This document shows, in pieces, positions 38,322 through 47,628 of a stretch of DNA of 64,000 nucleotides; within the stretch, counting starts at the first letter, position 1, and each line of letters opens with the position of its first letter. The position numbers were made by a program, and so were the translations under genes. Source of the stretch: a bacterium (GTDB lineage Bacteria; Ratteibacteria; UBA8468; B48-G9; DSTR01); contig JAKPFT010000014.1 in NCBI GenBank assembly GCA_029551285.1, forward strand, positions 14,847 to 78,846, read 5' to 3'. The notes under the pieces are model-generated. The model was not told where the DNA came from and made no database searches. It saw nothing but the letters and a program-made list of their open reading frames with translations.

Positions 38322-40408
38322 CTTTCTCGGTGCATTTCAGCGTACCGACTATTTCGGGTTTGTTAATCCTGGTCAGCTCCCCGGTTCTGGTCTGGCTCAG
38401 CTACCGCTATTTTCTGCCGGGAAGAAGCCACCGGTTGTTTCTAATCCTTGATGGGCTGGCGGCAGTAATCATCGCCGCCATGTTGCTCCAGATGGACATC
38501 TCTCTGAAGGTTCCGGCCAGAGAGAAAGGTCGCTGGGCGGTTCTGGTGGATATCTCCAGAAGTATGAATCTCGGTCCGAAGGGCGACACCCGGCTTGACC
38601 GGGTAAAAGATTTTCTGCAAAAGAGTCGCTTCCTGCGGCAACTGGAACCAGTCTGGTTGACGTTCGGCACCAGGGTAAAACCGCTGGAACCGGAAGGACT
38701 GACTTCTCTTGAGGCCACGGAAAGTTCCACCCGGATAGGCCAGGCCCTCAGGGAAGCCGCCCGGCATCTTGGACCGAGAGCTTCTGGTATAGTTATCATC
38801 TCCGACGGTCAGGAAACAGACCTCTTTCCATGGGAAACCTTCAGCCAGCAGATCTCCTGCCCGGTGTACTGCCTGGCCGCGGAGAGTCAACCGCCGCCAG
38901 ACACAGGGATCGTGGATGTTGTCACCAACTGCCCTGTTTACGCTGGTGAAAAAGTCCAGTTGAACGTTTCGCTCAGGCAGTCTGGTTTTGACGGACGCAG
39001 CCTGCCAGTGAAATTATTTCACGGGACAAATCTGGTTGATCAGAAAACCGTCCAGGCGGTTCAGCCATTGACTTCCGTGGAATTCAGCCTGCCGGGATTA
39101 TCCCCCGGCGAATACATCTACCAGGTTGTTCTGGAGCCGCAGCCCGGGGAAACAGTGCTGAGCAACAATCGCTATCCTGTCCCGCTCCGGGCGCTGGCTA
39201 CCCGAATTCATCTTCTTTATGTGGAGACCAGCTTGAGGTGGGAGTACAAATTTCTCAAGCGGTACCTTGAATCTGACCCTCATCTCCAGCCGGTTTTCCT
39301 TGTCAGGGTGGCAGAAAATACTTTCCAGCAGACCGGCGGCGAACAGCTGGAAATTCCCGCTGATATCTTCACCGAAAGTTTCTTAAACCACTTTGACCTC
39401 CTCATCCTGGGCGATTTTGACTTCACCACTCTTTCGCCGCGACAGCTGCAGGCTATAACCGAATTTGTGGCCCGGGAAGGCAAAAGCCTGATGCTTTTAG
39501 GCGGCGAGCACTTCCTCAAAGGCGCCCAGCACTCCGGCCTGGAAACCCTGCTGCCGGTGATACCAACCGGACAGGAGTCCCGGGTGAGCACCGGTGAGTT
39601 TTCACCAGTGCTGACAGAAGAGGGAAAAAGTTTCGGCCTTTTTGAAGGTCTGACTTCCTTCCCCGGACTGGACCGGATTAACCAGGTGCATTCCATAAGA
39701 CCAGGCGCCAGTGTCCTGCTGGTAAAAAGCAGCGACCCGAAAGCAGCCCTCCTGGCCATCTCCGCCCCGGGACAGGGCAAATGCCTGATTCTGGCTACGG
39801 ATGTCGTCTGGAAATGGTACTTCGGCCAGCCGGCAGACAAGACTATCTATGAGCTTTTCTGGGCCAGGTTGCTCAGAAGTCTCTGGGGACCGGAAGACTA
39901 TCTCGGTCTGGGCCGCAGTCTCCCGGAGATTATCACCTCCGGCCGCCTTTTCTCGCCGGGGGAAACGGTGGAAATAAGATTTGCCTCTTCCGGAAAACTG
40001 ACTGGAAAAGTTAACTACTCGGTGCGCACCGCCGACGGTCAAACCCTGCCCCTGACACCGGTGGACAACCGGGCCAGTTTTGTTCCCCGGCAGGAAGGGG
40101 TCTATCTAATCACTGCAGAAGCCGGCGGAAAAAGCAATCTCCGGGAAGTAATCGTGACGAGCGAAGGCACCGAATTGATGGAGCTGTCTCCTAACGAGGC
40201 CCTGTTGAAAAAAATTGCGCAGTTTTCTCACGGGGGGTTCTTCCGTTTGAGCGAGGCCCATCTTCTGGAAAAATCCCTGAAGGAAAAACGCCAGTTTTTA
40301 ACCAGGAGTTTCGGCCCGGGGGCAGAAAACAGAAAGTACTGGATAGCGCTGGTCTGTTTTGTTTTGAACCTGTGCTGGTGGCAGAGGCGAAGACAGAACA
40401 TTGTTTAA
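38318..40408 (+). CDS. VWA-domain membrane protein (BatA/BatB-like), N- and C-terminal TM
   Basis: Two N-terminal TM helices. VWA MIDAS AVLVDISRSMNL...IISDGQETD. C-terminal TM is YWIALVCFVLNLCWW. 4-nt overlap with the upstream gene. Confidence 0.6.
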   Translation: MTFSVHFSVPTISGLLILVSSPVLVWLSYRYFLPGRSHRLFLILDGLAAVIIAAMLLQMDISLKVPAREKGRWAVLVDISRSMNLGPKGDTRLDRVKDFLQKSRFLRQLEPVWLTFGTRVKPLEPEGLTSLEATESSTRIGQALREAARHLGPRASGIVIISDGQETDLFPWETFSQQISCPVYCLAAESQPPPDTGIVDVVTNCPVYAGEKVQLNVSLRQSGFDGRSLPVKLFHGTNLVDQKTVQAVQPLTSVEFSLPGLSPGEYIYQVVLEPQPGETVLSNNRYPVPLRALATRIHLLYVETSLRWEYKFLKRYLESDPHLQPVFLVRVAENTFQQTGGEQLEIPADIFTESFLNHFDLLILGDFDFTTLSPRQLQAITEFVAREGKSLMLLGGEHFLKGAQHSGLETLLPVIPTGQESRVSTGEFSPVLTEEGKSFGLFEGLTSFPGLDRINQVHSIRPGASVLLVKSSDPKAALLAISAPGQGKCLILATDVVWKWYFGQPADKTIYELFWARLLRSLWGPEDYLGLGRSLPEIITSGRLFSPGETVEIRFASSGKLTGKVNYSVRTADGQTLPLTPVDNRASFVPRQEGVYLITAEAGGKSNLREVIVTSEGTELMELSPNEALLKKIAQFSHGGFFRLSEAHLLEKSLKEKRQFLTRSFGPGAENRKYWIALVCFVLNLCWWQRRRQNIV

Positions 40409-40445
40409 GGACAGACGAAAGCCTCTGACGGTATAATAAAGGTAA

Positions 40446-43184
40446 ATGGACCACCTTGAATTTATCAGCCATTATGTAGAGTACTTCCGCCTTCTGGAAA
40501 AGAAGCGCAGCCAGCAGGAGCTTTTTCTCCTGACAGCAGCGGCGGTGGTTTTCTTTCTGACTTTGACTGTTTCTCTTCACTTTCTTCTCCTGGCCCAGCC
40601 TGTTTTGCTTCTGATAGCGAGGATTTTTCTGGCGATGGTCCTGATCGCATTTTCCCTGCGTCTCTTCCAGCAGAGCCGGTGGTGGGCCAGGCAAAACCAC
40701 CAGGACCTGGCTCTCCGGCTGGAGAAAAAATTGCGTACTCTGCGTAACTACCTCATTAATGCCTGTCAGTTATCCCGGAGCAACCGCTACCCTGCCTGCC
40801 TGGTTCAGCGCCAGCGAGAAATAGCCGTGGAGGTGCTGAAACAACACCGGCTTGAGGAAGCCATTGACCGAAAACGGACTGGCTCTTACCGTCGGACCCT
40901 GATGATAGCCGCAGGTATCTTTATCCTGGTAGCGGCCTTGAAACCGGGCTATTTCCTTTCTGGACTGCGCACTTTTTTCCTTCCGTCCTTCGCCTGGGAT
41001 TTTTCTATCCTGGTGGAACCAGGAGACTGTTTTGTGGAACCGGGCACAGAAGTAACCATCAGGGTTACCTGGCCCGAAAAAGAAACCGCGCCCAGACTGG
41101 AAATTAAAAACGACCAGAAGTTCAGCCAGCCGATGGTGAGAGACGGCTCCCGCTACAGTTACCTTCTTGGACCGGTCCATCAGCCGCTGCGCTACCGGAT
41201 TACCGGGAAAAACAGAAAGACCAGATGGTTCCAGGTGCAACTGAGGGAAAAAGTGGGCTTAAGCAAAATGAAAGTAGTCCATGAATATCCGGCCTACACC
41301 GGTCTGAAGAGAAAGATAGAGGAAGGCCCCCTGGCCGCCATCAGCACCCTTTACAACACCAGGCTGACCCTTCAGGTCTACTTTACCGGTCCGGTTGGCG
41401 ACGCCTGGCTGGTCCTGGGTAGCGGAAAAATTTTTGTCAGCCGTGGCCGTTCCACTACCAAAATTTTTACCTTCACCGCCACCGAGGCCACCCTCTTTGA
41501 GTTCCGGTATTATGACCCGGCCCTGAAACAGACACTGACCAGTTCGCGGGAAAGACTCTCGGTCAGTTTTGACCAGCTGCCATTTGTAACCTTTACCCGG
41601 CCGGCCCGGGACCTTGTGGCCCGTTTGCCGGCAGCAGTTCCTGTGGAGGTCTCGGCCAGTGATGACTACGGCCTGAAGACCATCACCCTGCGCTACCATC
41701 GCGGGGAAGGAGAGATTTCCCCGGCTGACCCGGTCTTTTTCCGGGCCGAACTGCAAGGGGCCAGAAGTAGCACCTTCCAGGCGGTGCTGAAACTTCCGGA
41801 CACCGGTCGCGACCGGGTGGCCTACTATGCTGAATGTACTGACAACTGTCTGCCGGTACCCAACCTGGGCCGGTCTTCCCTTTATTTTATTTATCCGCCG
41901 GCCGCGGCACCGGCTTCTCTGAAGCAGGAGACCAATCCCCGGCGACAGCAACTGGAAGAAAAAGTTGACCTGGCCAAACAGCAGTTAGAAAAATTTATGG
42001 AAGAACAGAAAAAAATAGTTGAAGCTGCCAAGAAATTCGGCACTATCCGGACAGAAAGCCAGAAGGCCGAGTTGAGCCAGCTGGCGGAGCAGGAGCAGAA
42101 GTGGCTGGAAATCTTCCAGAAGATGGTTGACGACCTTAACAAACTGGCCAAACAAACCCAGGGCAAGTACACCCTGGCCGATGAACTGGTGGAGATGCTC
42201 TCCCATGTGCAGAAGGCCAGGGAAGGCCTTAAAAAACCTGATATTCACATGGTTATTGCCGAGTCCCACATGGGTCTGGAACTGGCTCAAGAAATCACCT
42301 CTAACTTAGAACGCTGGCTCTCGGAAGAGCCGGACCGTTTCAAGTGGGATATGCAGGAACCAACCAGACAGGCTGCTATTCCGGAAGCAGAGCTGCCTGA
42401 GGAACTGGAAGATATTATCGGGGACCTCATAGAACAGGAAGAGCAGATGCGGGAAGAAATAGAAGATATCACCAGCAGCTGGATGGACAGTCTGGATAAA
42501 GGAGCCGGCTGGACCGCCATGGACGGGCCCATCAGCAACATGAGTGCCAAGGGCATTACCGGTAATCTCATGCCTAACCAGCAGGAGGTCGGTGGCCGCG
42601 CTGGAGAAGGCAGAACCGGTCGTTCCTACGGGGAAATGGTGGAAAAAACCGCCCAGGGCAAGGGTGGCCGGAAAACCCCTGCCCGGCTGACCCCGGACAA
42701 CATGGAACCGGGTGTCATCCAGGACACCAGCAAGGACTCCCCCCTGGGTCCCACCGGAGGAGGCAAAGTCAGCGGCTGGGGCCAGACCGGACTTCGCGGA
42801 CCGGTGCAGGAGCTAACCTTCCGCTACGACCTGCTGGCGCAAAAGCAGAATCAGATTATTGAAAAGGCGGAAAAACTTTCTCACGAACTGAAAATCATGA
42901 ATGTCTACAACCCCCAGTTAGAACAATCCATCCGGGCGATGAAAATGTTTCAATTTCAGTTGCAGGAAGGCCGGTATAGTTCTCTGTTGACGACCAAGGA
43001 GCAGATCATTGACCAGTTGCGGGGTCTCCAGCAAAATCTGGCCCGGCAGAGTATTATCAGGGTCGCCGACGAGCCTGTGGAAAAAAAGGCAGAAAAAGAA
43101 ATAGGCAGCACCTGGAAGGAGAAGATTCCCCTCGGTTATGAAGAGACGGTGCGCCGTTACTTTCAACGCTTTGGCAAACAGTAA
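40446..43184 (+). CDS. Large membrane-anchored protein with an extracytoplasmic beta-rich region, a long coiled-coil/charged region and a Gly-rich segment (BatD-like/DUF4175-like?)
   Basis: 912 aa. N-terminal TM helices (LLTAAAVVFFLTLTVSLHFLLLAQPVLLLIARIFLAMVLIAF). Coiled-coil-like QQLEEKVDLAKQQLEKFMEEQKKIVEAAKK.... Gly-rich GGRAGEGRTGRSYG...GGGKVSGWGQTGLRG. Confidence 0.45.
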   Translation: MDHLEFISHYVEYFRLLEKKRSQQELFLLTAAAVVFFLTLTVSLHFLLLAQPVLLLIARIFLAMVLIAFSLRLFQQSRWWARQNHQDLALRLEKKLRTLRNYLINACQLSRSNRYPACLVQRQREIAVEVLKQHRLEEAIDRKRTGSYRRTLMIAAGIFILVAALKPGYFLSGLRTFFLPSFAWDFSILVEPGDCFVEPGTEVTIRVTWPEKETAPRLEIKNDQKFSQPMVRDGSRYSYLLGPVHQPLRYRITGKNRKTRWFQVQLREKVGLSKMKVVHEYPAYTGLKRKIEEGPLAAISTLYNTRLTLQVYFTGPVGDAWLVLGSGKIFVSRGRSTTKIFTFTATEATLFEFRYYDPALKQTLTSSRERLSVSFDQLPFVTFTRPARDLVARLPAAVPVEVSASDDYGLKTITLRYHRGEGEISPADPVFFRAELQGARSSTFQAVLKLPDTGRDRVAYYAECTDNCLPVPNLGRSSLYFIYPPAAAPASLKQETNPRRQQLEEKVDLAKQQLEKFMEEQKKIVEAAKKFGTIRTESQKAELSQLAEQEQKWLEIFQKMVDDLNKLAKQTQGKYTLADELVEMLSHVQKAREGLKKPDIHMVIAESHMGLELAQEITSNLERWLSEEPDRFKWDMQEPTRQAAIPEAELPEELEDIIGDLIEQEEQMREEIEDITSSWMDSLDKGAGWTAMDGPISNMSAKGITGNLMPNQQEVGGRAGEGRTGRSYGEMVEKTAQGKGGRKTPARLTPDNMEPGVIQDTSKDSPLGPTGGGKVSGWGQTGLRGPVQELTFRYDLLAQKQNQIIEKAEKLSHELKIMNVYNPQLEQSIRAMKMFQFQLQEGRYSSLLTTKEQIIDQLRGLQQNLARQSIIRVADEPVEKKAEKEIGSTWKEKIPLGYEETVRRYFQRFGKQ

Positions 43185-43198
43185 CAAACACCGGCACC

Positions 43199-44134
43199 AT
43201 GAAAAAAAGTTATCATCTCCCTATCCTTTTCCTCTTTCTTCTGGGCTGGCTGGGGGCAGAAGCGGGCACCGCTGCCGTCAGGCTTCATCTGAACACTCCC
43301 CGCAGTGTTTATGCTGAAGAAGAGTATATCTTTCTGCCGCTGCTGATTGAAAACATCACTTCAGAGACCGTCAGTATCGTTCTTCCGTATCTGCAGCCCA
43401 GAGAGAAAAAAAGACTTTTTGTGGGCCAGGATTTTACCCTTATGTTGATGGCTGACGACCAGCCAGTGGCCTCCTTTACCAACCACATGCCCCCGGAACC
43501 AAAACCCGGCAGTTTCAGGGTGGACCTGGCACCTGGAGAAAGTATTTCCTGGAGCATCCCTTTCCCCTACGATTATTATCCTGTAAGGCTTCCCTGTTCC
43601 TTTCGCGTTCGCCTGCTCTGGCAGAGGATTGAATCCAACGAAGTGACCTTTCAGGTGCTTGCTTCCACCGGCACCGTCAACAAGACAGAGCTCCTGGTCA
43701 ACAGTGATTTTTCTGAGGGAGAAACCTTCCCCTGTGGCTGGAGAATTGAGCACCAGACTATTTTCTGGAACAAACAGGAAAAACTCCTTCATTTTCTGCT
43801 GGACGTGCCCACCGCCACCGGTGAAGGACTCTGGGTTTATTCTTTACTGCGGCCCATCAAAACGCCCGGTAGTTTCACTCTGCACCTGAAGGCCAAGAGT
43901 TCCGGTCCGGAGATTATCGTCTTTGTGGAAGGCTGGGGTCTGGTGGCTGGCCGGCGCCGGCGTCTGGAACGTAACGAATGCTTTGCCCACCCAGCCACCC
44001 CGGACTGGGAAACTTACCGTTTTAATGTTGTCTTCAGCAAACCCGAGGTAAAGTTGGTCCGGATCCGTCTTTTTGCCTATGGTCGGGCCGGCTCCGTCTG
44101 GTTCCGAAAAGTCTGTCTGACGCCGGCCGATTAA
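43199..44134 (+). CDS. Secreted hypothetical protein (last gene of the Bat-like cluster)
   Basis: Signal peptide MKKSYHLPILFLFLLGWLGAEAG. 311 aa, no recognisable catalytic motif. Confidence 0.45.
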   Translation: MKKSYHLPILFLFLLGWLGAEAGTAAVRLHLNTPRSVYAEEEYIFLPLLIENITSETVSIVLPYLQPREKKRLFVGQDFTLMLMADDQPVASFTNHMPPEPKPGSFRVDLAPGESISWSIPFPYDYYPVRLPCSFRVRLLWQRIESNEVTFQVLASTGTVNKTELLVNSDFSEGETFPCGWRIEHQTIFWNKQEKLLHFLLDVPTATGEGLWVYSLLRPIKTPGSFTLHLKAKSSGPEIIVFVEGWGLVAGRRRRLERNECFAHPATPDWETYRFNVVFSKPEVKLVRIRLFAYGRAGSVWFRKVCLTPAD

Positions 44135-44153
44135 ATCCGGTCTGAAATCCAGG

Positions 44154-46013
44154 ATGAAACTGGTAGAAATAGTTTTTGACCTTCCTCTGGACAGGACCTT
44201 TGACTATCTGGCTGGCCGCTGGGCCGGCCAGTTGCAGCCCGGCTGCCGGGTTCGGGTTCCTTTTGGCCCTCGTTCGGCCATCGGCTGGGTGGTCGGTGAA
44301 AAGGAAGTGGAGAAGGCTGTTTACCGCTACCGGACAATTTCCAGACTTTATGACCGCCAGAGTCTTCTGACATCAGAGCTGCTGGAGCTTTGCCGTTACC
44401 TCGCCTGGCGCTACTGCGCTTCCCTGGGTCAGGTGCTGGCTACCATCACCGCTGGCTTTTCTCTGACTTACCCGGCCGGCAAAAAATCATCTCCGGAGAG
44501 AAAAGACAACCAGCCCTCACCGGAGAACAACCTTTTTTCCACCACGGCTGTCCCTGCCGGCGAGACCACCTTCTTTCTTTACGGAAAACAGCACCAGCGT
44601 AACCAGTATCTCCTCTCCCTGGCCTCAGCCAGCAGCGGTTCCTGCCTTTTTCTCTTTCCTGAAACCAGGGCTGCCAGTTGCTTCCATCACTTTCTGGCCG
44701 GATACTTTCCTGACCGCACTGTGTTCTTTCACGGTGAACTGCCCGGTTCTCTGCGATTGAAACTGTGGCACCGGCTGATGACGGAGAAAAATCTTTTTCT
44801 GGTGGGCACACGGCTGGGGGTCTTTGCTCCTCTCACCGACTTAAGCCTCATCTGCCTGGACGAACCAGAGCATCCTGGTTATCAGGAAAGAAGACAGCCC
44901 CGCTACGAAACAACCGAAATTGCTTCCTGGCGAGCCAGGAAACTTGGAGCTGGCCTGGTTCTCACTGAAGGCTGCCTGAGCCTCAGCCACTACCACGCAA
45001 TTTCTTCCGGACAGGCCCGGCTCAGTGTCGCCAGCCAGGTCCTTCTTCGGGCAAGGGTCCGGGTAATTCCCTGGCAGCGGGCCAGCCGGAGACAGCTCCT
45101 TACTTTTCTGACTGAAGAAGCTATTGCTTGCCTGGAGGAGACAGTCCTGAAAGGCCAGCGTCTGGCAATTCTTCATCACCGCAAAGGCTCCTTCCGACTT
45201 ATTTCCTGTAAGAACTGCGACCATTGTTTTCCTTGCCCGGATTGTGCTCTGCCCATGGTACCTCTGGAAAAAACAAAGTCGCTTGCCTGCCGTTTCTGCG
45301 GCCAGAATTTTCCCCTGCCTGAGAAGTGCCCGGCCTGTGGCAGCAAGAAAATAATCTGGCGCGGGACCGGGCTGCACAATATCCTCCAGAGTTTGAAAAA
45401 GGCCTATCCTCACCTGGAAATAGCCACCGTTACTGCGGAAGAAAAGATGCCTTCTAACCCTTCAGCGCAGATTTTCCTGGGAACGCTGGCTCTGGAGGAA
45501 ATAATGGAAGAGATAGCTCCGGCGCTCCTTCTGATTCCCGCTGCCGATGCTTTTCTCAATCTGCCTGACTATCGCAGCGAAGAACGTTTCTTCTGCCTGG
45601 TCAACCGCTGTCGCCAGAAGATGCCTCCGGAAGCTACCGTGCTTCTGCAGACCTACAATCCCGGTCTGCCTCTTTTCCAGTCTCTGGTGGCCAACAACGA
45701 CCAACTTTTTTATGAGAAGGAATTGCAACTGCGCCGCCAGTTAGCCTATCCGCCTTTTACTACGCTGTTGAAAATAGAGATAGAAACAAGGCCGGAGAAA
45801 AAGTTAGACAAGCAACGCCGCGTGCTGGAGGAATTGTTCAGTCGTTGCCAGATGGAACCGGTCTATAACGGACCGGGGTACCCGCCGGTGATAAGAAAGC
45901 ACTACCGCTGGAAATATCTCTTCAAACTGGCCAGTTTAGAAAACCTAAAACGGTTAAGGCCTGCCAGCGAGATGCCGGAAGTCAGTCTGACGTTTAACCC
46001 GGTGGAAATGTAA
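44154..46013 (+). CDS. priA: PriA (primosomal protein N')-like protein with degenerate helicase motifs
   Basis: PriA N-terminal 3'-DNA-binding region (FDLPLDRTFDYL...GCRVRVPFGPRSAIGWVVG). PriA-type Cys-rich zinc-binding region (CKNCDHCFPCPDCA...CRFCGQNFPLPEKCPACGS). Walker A replaced by FFLYGKQHQRNQY. DEPEH in place of DEEH. Motif VI is LVNRCRQK instead of GRAGR. Confidence 0.7.
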   Translation: MKLVEIVFDLPLDRTFDYLAGRWAGQLQPGCRVRVPFGPRSAIGWVVGEKEVEKAVYRYRTISRLYDRQSLLTSELLELCRYLAWRYCASLGQVLATITAGFSLTYPAGKKSSPERKDNQPSPENNLFSTTAVPAGETTFFLYGKQHQRNQYLLSLASASSGSCLFLFPETRAASCFHHFLAGYFPDRTVFFHGELPGSLRLKLWHRLMTEKNLFLVGTRLGVFAPLTDLSLICLDEPEHPGYQERRQPRYETTEIASWRARKLGAGLVLTEGCLSLSHYHAISSGQARLSVASQVLLRARVRVIPWQRASRRQLLTFLTEEAIACLEETVLKGQRLAILHHRKGSFRLISCKNCDHCFPCPDCALPMVPLEKTKSLACRFCGQNFPLPEKCPACGSKKIIWRGTGLHNILQSLKKAYPHLEIATVTAEEKMPSNPSAQIFLGTLALEEIMEEIAPALLLIPAADAFLNLPDYRSEERFFCLVNRCRQKMPPEATVLLQTYNPGLPLFQSLVANNDQLFYEKELQLRRQLAYPPFTTLLKIEIETRPEKKLDKQRRVLEELFSRCQMEPVYNGPGYPPVIRKHYRWKYLFKLASLENLKRLRPASEMPEVSLTFNPVEM

Positions 46014-46418
46014 TCAGTGGTGGTGACTGGCCAGTTGAGACACAAGTTGCTCCAGAATTTCCTGGTCCAGCTGCCCGGTAAACTGATAGAGTTGTTGACC
46101 GTGAGCGTCAAAGACGACCAGGGCCGGCCAGTTCTTATCCCCGAGCAGTTTTCCTCCTTCTCTGCCGGAAACAATCACCACCCCGGCCTTGCCCGCCAGT
46201 GCCGGTTTCACCCGGGATAGGGCTGTTAGAAATTCCTGGTCACGCTCGGTACCGCTTTTGACAAAAAGGAGCACCCCCTGATGCTGCCGGGTCAGTTGCT
46301 CAATCTTCTCCAGGGGAGATTTCTGCGCATTCAGAGAATTGAGCAGGACCAGGGCTACCAGCACCAGCAAAACTACAACCACCGGCGGAAACCAACGGCT
46401 TGATTTCCCCTGAACCAT
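46014..46418 (-). CDS. Membrane-anchored hypothetical protein, possibly thioredoxin-fold without CxxC
   Basis: TM helix VVVVLLVLVALVLL. No redox motif. Confidence 0.35.
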   Translation of the reverse strand: MVQGKSSRWFPPVVVVLLVLVALVLLNSLNAQKSPLEKIEQLTRQHQGVLLFVKSGTERDQEFLTALSRVKPALAGKAGVVIVSGREGGKLLGDKNWPALVVFDAHGQQLYQFTGQLDQEILEQLVSQLASHHH

Positions 46419-46424
46419 GCAAAC

Positions 46425-46673
46425 CTACCGGTATTCTGTTTTTCCTGCAGTCTCAGCACTGCCCGGCTGTATTCCTTCCAGTTCCTTGATCTTTTTCAAC
46501 AGTTTTTCTTTTTCTCCCCGCCGGGAAAGATACAGCATCCTCACGATAATTCCCAGAGAAATCAAGGAAATGACCACCCCGGACAGCCTGACCAGGTCCT
46601 GCTCCCGGACAAAAGTATCGGCCAGCGAAAGAAAAAGCCCCATGACGAAAATCAGTATTACCCAGACCAGCAT
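46425..46673 (-). CDS. Small hypothetical membrane protein
   Basis: 82 aa, one N-terminal TM helix, charged C-terminus. Confidence 0.3.
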   Translation of the reverse strand: MLVWVILIFVMGLFLSLADTFVREQDLVRLSGVVISLISLGIIVRMLYLSRRGEKEKLLKKIKELEGIQPGSAETAGKTEYR

Positions 46674-46736
46674 AAGGTTCCTCCTTTGCTCTTTCTGGAG
46701 AGGACCGTTTCTGCCGGAAATGCTTCACTCTCCAGA

Positions 46737-47027
46737 CTAAAAAAAGAACTTCTTCACCAGAAAGAATACAACGGCCAGCAAAATTAACACAAAGACCCAC
46801 TGTTCCCAGCGGCTGGACCGACGACCGGCTGCCTGCCTTTCCTCGGCCTCTTTGAGCCTTTGAACAAAAACAGCAAAGGTTTGAGCACATTTATCGCTGC
46901 AGAAGATGCCCTGCTCGGTGACTATCCGACACTGGCTGCAAAGACCACGCCCGCATTGTTTGCATCTGGCAACCGCCGGCCGGCCAGTGTGGAAAAAGCA
47001 TTCAGCCATGCGACCCCCTCGGTTCAC
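46737..47027 (-). CDS. Small zinc-ribbon protein with C-terminal TM anchor
   Basis: CFFH...CKQCGRGLCSQC...CSDKC cysteine pattern. C-terminal WVFVLILLAVVFFLV. Overlaps the iorB end. Confidence 0.4.
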   Translation of the reverse strand: MNRGGRMAECFFHTGRPAVARCKQCGRGLCSQCRIVTEQGIFCSDKCAQTFAVFVQRLKEAEERQAAGRRSSRWEQWVFVLILLAVVFFLVKKFFF

Positions 47028-47628
47028 CGGCCATCTTACTGCCCGAAGGCCTGGCTCTGGTATAGTCCCGGCCCCAGAGTAACACCTTCTGGTTCAAACT
47101 TAAAAATTTTTCCGGTACGGTCAAATCCAGCGCCTTCATGATGGTGTCAAAATCAACAGGGAGGAAAGGAGCCGCCACGCCGGCCATCAGCACATTTAAG
47201 ACCTTTACTGAACCTAACTGTTTCGCCTGCTCGGTAAAATCGTCAGCCAGAAGATGCGCGCCTGTTTTCCTGATTTCCTCAAGGAGGTACTTCAGGTCCG
47301 GATAGGTTATTTTCAAGCCGGCTGGCCTGATGGCCGCGGTATTGACCACTGCGGTCGCTCCGGGTTTCAGATACCAGGCGTAGCGAACCCCCTCCAGCGG
47401 CTCCAGGGCCAGCAAAAGGTCAGCCTGAGCTGCCGGCACCCTGGGGCCAAAAACACAGCCCAGTCTGACATGGGCCTCCACGGAACCTCCCCGCTGAGCC
47501 ATGCCGTGGGTTTCGGTACCTCTTACCGGCAATCCGGCCAGCACCCCAGCCTGACCCAGAAGGTCAGAGACAAGGATAATTCCCTGCCCCCCCACCCCGC
47601 AGATAACCACGTCAAAACTTTTTCTCAT
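47002..47628 (-). CDS. iorB: Indolepyruvate:ferredoxin oxidoreductase beta subunit
   Basis: FDVVICGVGGQGIILVSDLLGQAG, typical of IorB/gamma subunits of 2-oxoacid:ferredoxin oxidoreductases. Start trimmed to MRKSFDVV (ATG 47628), overlapping the iorA stop (ATGA). Confidence 0.82.
   Translation of the reverse strand: MRKSFDVVICGVGGQGIILVSDLLGQAGVLAGLPVRGTETHGMAQRGGSVEAHVRLGCVFGPRVPAAQADLLLALEPLEGVRYAWYLKPGATAVVNTAAIRPAGLKITYPDLKYLLEEIRKTGAHLLADDFTEQAKQLGSVKVLNVLMAGVAAPFLPVDFDTIMKALDLTVPEKFLSLNQKVLLWGRDYTRARPSGSKMAGEPRGSHG

Noticed and set aside
32887-44134. Treating the MoxR/DUF58/VWA cluster as a novel defence system
   Set aside because: MoxR-DUF58-VWA/BatA operons are a widespread, already-described (if poorly understood) envelope module. 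Only the double DUF4159 and the large coiled-coil protein are noteworthy.
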